From Turneriella sp. (GTDB lineage Bacteria; Spirochaetota; Leptospiria; Turneriellales; Turneriellaceae): a stretch of DNA of 19,790 bases. Below the pieces are notes generated by a model. That model was not told the DNA's origin. It searched no databases and saw only the letters and a list, made by a program, of their open reading frames with translations. This document shows, one piece after another, positions 16,698 to 19,790 of this stretch. The stretch spans positions 1 through 19,790 of the forward strand of contig CBDIID010000002.1 in assembly GCA_965279515.1 (NCBI GenBank), read 5' to 3'. The position numbers were made by a program, and so were the translations under genes. How positions within the stretch are numbered: the stretch's first letter is position 1; each line of letters starts with the position of its first letter.

Positions 16698-17117
16698 TTA
16701 GCCAAATATCCGGGCAAAAAGCCCCTTCTTTTCTGGTTTCTCCTGCCGCTGGTCGGCCAGCAGCCGAACACTTACGATTTGATCTTCCAGCAGTTTCATT
16801 GTCTTAGAGTGGTTTTCTTCTGCTTTTCCGAGCTGATCTTGCAATAAATCGATCTGCTCACGTAATAGTTTATTCTCCGCCTCTAGCACCCTGTTATCGT
16901 TGCCGGAAACTTGCTGGATACCAGAGGAAACTGGTTCGCTCTGGTTTGTGGGTGCCTCGCTCTTAGGTGGATACACCCTGAACAATTCGGCAGGGTCTAT
17001 GTCCCATTCGCCGTGGTCGTTCTTTTTAGCAGAAAGTTTCCCCTTAACAATGGCTTTCTTAATACCCGCTTTGGTCATTCCGACACGATCAGCGGCCTCT
17101 AGCAGTGATATTCCCAT
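16698..17117 (-). CDS. HTH/coiled-coil Par-like protein (copy 3)
   Basis: Identical to 3446..3865. Confidence 0.8.
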   Translation of the reverse strand: MGISLLEAADRVGMTKAGIKKAIVKGKLSAKKNDHGEWDIDPAELFRVYPPKSEAPTNQSEPVSSGIQQVSGNDNRVLEAENKLLREQIDLLQDQLGKAEENHSKTMKLLEDQIVSVRLLADQRQEKPEKKGLFARIFG

Positions 17118-17246
17118 GTGGATACTCCTGAAACTGGTTTCCCCGCTTTTTAGGGTACTGGTTTCCACCCTTCATTGGAAGCCCCTGCCCTCGGTATGCT
17201 GCGGTTTCCACCAAGTTTTGCCCCTGAGTTTGCTTTGGTATCCACC
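17118..17246. repeat. RGTWTCC repeat array (copy 3)
   Basis: Repeat of 3866..3994. Confidence 0.7.
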
Positions 17247-17358
17247 TGAAATTAACCAGTCGTTAATATTTTGCCGATATTATCGCTACTCATACCCACA
17301 CTCTCAGGCATCGGAATCCAGCTCGACACCCGAGCATTGTAAATTTCGGCCCCCTGCA

Positions 17359-17395
17359 AGGGCGCACTTACGCATTGCCCCCAAGAGGGCAATGC
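17359..17395 (-). other. oriT: MOBQ oriT (copy 3)
   Basis: Repeat of 4107..4143. Confidence 0.9.
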
Positions 17396-17603
17396 ACGCG
17401 CGGTCAGGCGCTTCGCCCTGACAACCAGACCAAGGGGCGCGGTGCGTCCCCTTTGGAAACCCGGCCCCGGATATTTGCTTCTGGCAACTATCCCGGAGCC
17501 ATGCACCCGGCGCAGCCGGGCAGGGGGATACCCCCTGAAACCCCGCCCGGTGAACGTCCTCCGATGTCGGAGCGTACCGGGCAAGAAAGACGGAGGCGCA
17601 CCC

Positions 17604-19082
17604 TTGGCGATATTCCATGCCTCCGTCAGGACTATCAGCCGCGCCTCCGGGCGGTCTGCGACCGCTGCCGCCGCGTATCGGTCTGGCACCGCCATCACCG
17701 ACACCCGCGACGGCCTGACCCACGACTACACCCGCAAGGGCGGTGTAGCGGGGTCATTCATCGTCCTGCCAGCCGGGGCAGGGGCTTCTGGCTTCCTCGA
17801 CCGCTCTATCCTCTGGAACGCTGCCGAGGCTGCCGAGAAGCGCAAGGACGCTCGCGTAGCCCGCGAGCTGATCCTTGCCCTGCCGCACGAGCTGGACGAT
17901 GAGGGCAGGGAAGCCGCCGCCAGAGACATGGCGGAATGGCTTGCCGCCCGGTACGGGGTCGCCGTGGACGTATCCCGGCATAACCCCGACCGTCAGGGCG
18001 ACACTCGCAACCATCACGCCCACCTGTTATTTACCACCCGCGCTGTGACCGCCGACGGCATGGGCGCCAAAACCCGCCAGCTGGACGACCACAAAACAGG
18101 GCCGCTCGAAGTCCAGGCCATTCGCCTGGCCTGGGAGTCGATTGCCAACGCCGCGCTCGAGCGGGCAGGGGTCGCCGCCCGCATCGACCACCGCAGCCAT
18201 GAGGAACTTGGCATCGAGCTGCCGCCGCAGATTCATGTTGGTGTCCGGGCCCGCGGTATGAGCCGCCGCGGGGTGAAGCCGCGGGATAGTGTCGTGCATG
18301 TGGACTTCCGGGGCCGGGAAATAAATTATCCCGCCATCGATGCAGGCGGCACCCGCGAAGAACACAACGCCGAGATTATATCCCTGCAGCAGTACCGCGA
18401 CACCATGCAGGAGCAGCGGGAGCAACAGGCCGGGCTGCACGAAGAGGAAATACTTGAGAACCAAATCCTTGAGCTGCAGGAGCGGGCAGGGGATCTGCAC
18501 GGCGACATAACCGCCATGGAATCCATGCTCCACAGTCACCTGTTATCCGACGACCTCCGGGCGCGTATCCGTATCGCGCTAGAAAAAGCCATTGTCGCCA
18601 TCTTCTACCGCCACCAGCACGAAACCGATTATCTCCGGGCGCGGGCAGAGGCGCAGCGGCAGGAAAAGGAAATCGAGCAGAAGAAGGCTGAATACCATCG
18701 TATGCAGCAGCAGATTGTCGAGCTACAGATCCGGCAGAAAGAGCTGCAAGCGCAGTATGCCGCTAATCGGGAGCTGGCCGGCAGGGTGGAACACATGGCG
18801 GCCGCGCTGGCTCTGCCGGCCGCCGGCATTAAAATTCAAATACCGTTAACCATACGCTTCGAAGAAGTGGCTATGCAGGGTAGGGTGCAGAAGCAGGCTA
18901 CCGCCGAGCTGATACAGGCGGTAACTTCACCACCGCCCGTGGTGAGCAAACCCGCGCAAGCCACGCTTGAGCTGCGGCAGAGTGTCCTGCAGGTCAAAGA
19001 GCTGCTGGCGCGATCAAACCAACCGAAGCGGGCAGGGGCGCAGCGCGTGACCGTCACGGCTAATATTTCTATGCGGAAATAA
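17604..19082 (+). CDS. mobA: MobA/MobL relaxase (copy 3)
   Basis: Identical to 4352..5830. Confidence 0.93.
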   Translation: MAIFHASVRTISRASGRSATAAAAYRSGTAITDTRDGLTHDYTRKGGVAGSFIVLPAGAGASGFLDRSILWNAAEAAEKRKDARVARELILALPHELDDEGREAAARDMAEWLAARYGVAVDVSRHNPDRQGDTRNHHAHLLFTTRAVTADGMGAKTRQLDDHKTGPLEVQAIRLAWESIANAALERAGVAARIDHRSHEELGIELPPQIHVGVRARGMSRRGVKPRDSVVHVDFRGREINYPAIDAGGTREEHNAEIISLQQYRDTMQEQREQQAGLHEEEILENQILELQERAGDLHGDITAMESMLHSHLLSDDLRARIRIALEKAIVAIFYRHQHETDYLRARAEAQRQEKEIEQKKAEYHRMQQQIVELQIRQKELQAQYAANRELAGRVEHMAAALALPAAGIKIQIPLTIRFEEVAMQGRVQKQATAELIQAVTSPPPVVSKPAQATLELRQSVLQVKELLARSNQPKRAGAQRVTVTANISMRK

Positions 19083-19132
19083 AAACCCGCCCTACGCCAG
19101 CTCCTTGGGGGCGCTCCGGGCGGGTTTTTATT
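19078..19132. terminator. Hairpin B (copy 3)
   Basis: Repeat of 5826..5880. Confidence 0.8.
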
Positions 19133-19457
19133 ATTTACGGACGGAAGCCCTTGCGCCCTCATCCGACCACAAAAGCCGCTGACAGTCGCCGCGCTCGATG
19201 GTGGATTTTTTGCGTCGCACGTTGTCGCCGACATTGACACCGGGAGGGGCTTTAGCCCCGGCATCGAGGGAGAGGACTTCGACCGCCCGTATATGCAGCT
19301 GCAGGAAGTCTCCCAAACCCTTAACCTCCGCCGTCAGAATCTGCTCGCCTATCTTGTCAGGCTTGCCACGCTTTTTATTTGGTGCCGACCATATCGGCTC
19401 TTTCCACTTGATAACATCTGCGACAATCGGGGAGGGGCAGGGCGTCCAAGTGCTCAT
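19131..19457 (-). CDS. Hypothetical 108-aa protein (copy 3)
   Basis: Identical to 5879..6205. Confidence 0.75.
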   Translation of the reverse strand: MSTWTPCPSPIVADVIKWKEPIWSAPNKKRGKPDKIGEQILTAEVKGLGDFLQLHIRAVEVLSLDAGAKAPPGVNVGDNVRRKKSTIERGDCQRLLWSDEGARASVRK

Positions 19458-19633
19458 CGCTGCCCACGCATAAGTTTTACCAGATCTTCCAAAAGCTCCA
19501 CTATCTGCTCTTGCGCCGCCGCTATTCTTTCGATGTTAACCCCCATATCCTCATCGGCGCTTTCTTTGGCATTGCGATCCTCTTCCCATCGTTCTTCCTC
19601 GGCCTCTGCCGCCTCATCCTTTTTCTTGCTCAT
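19454..19633 (-). CDS. Acidic 59-aa protein (copy 3)
   Basis: Repeat of 6202..6381. Confidence 0.75.
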   Translation of the reverse strand: MSKKKDEAAEAEEERWEEDRNAKESADEDMGVNIERIAAAQEQIVELLEDLVKLMRGQR

Positions 19634-19790
19634 CTTTCGTCCTTATGTCCGCGCCATTCCCATGGGCTAAAAGCTGCATGGCTAATTGTCTGATAATGTA
19701 TCTTCTGGGAAAAGCGTCTGTTATGCTTTGATAAGATTGATCTTGTTAATTAGACTGTTTCACAGCTTGCCGATATAGACAATAGGATTA

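Larger units (their letters stand above)
13254..19790. repeat. Plasmid unit copy 3 (89 bp short of complete)
   Basis: ORFs recur at +13252. The window ends at the equivalent of 6538, just before the restriction gene start. Confidence 0.97.

Noticed and set aside
1..19790. Chromosomal tandem amplification, IS element or prophage
   Set aside because: No transposase, integrase, phage gene, junction scar or flanking host DNA is present.

Overview
The window is a head-to-tail near-trimer (about 2.99 copies, period 6626 bp) of one small mobilisable plasmid. It could be a concatemer, a multimer or an uncollapsed circular assembly. Each unit carries: a convergent NlaIV/NgoBV-like (GGNNCC) type II restriction-modification pair; a RepL-type rep gene followed by a very acidic 72-aa ORF; an origin-like region (phased TGTCG-N6-CGACA palindromes, an AT-rich stretch, a DnaA box, hairpins); an HTH/coiled-coil protein with a MinD-like C-terminal amphipathic tail and its own repeat array (candidate single-protein partition system); a MOBQ oriT with a MobA/MobL relaxase; and a coupled 59-aa/108-aa gene pair whose 59-aa ORF is missing from the ORF track. 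The most unusual non-coding signal is an identical 21-nt sequence displayed as the loop of two unrelated hairpins on opposite strands, 2.8 kb apart. The only difference I saw between copies is a +1 T frameshift in the restriction gene of copy 1. Family assignments come from motif recognition, not database searches. Findings use copy-1 coordinates unless stated; add 6626 or 13252 for the other copies.
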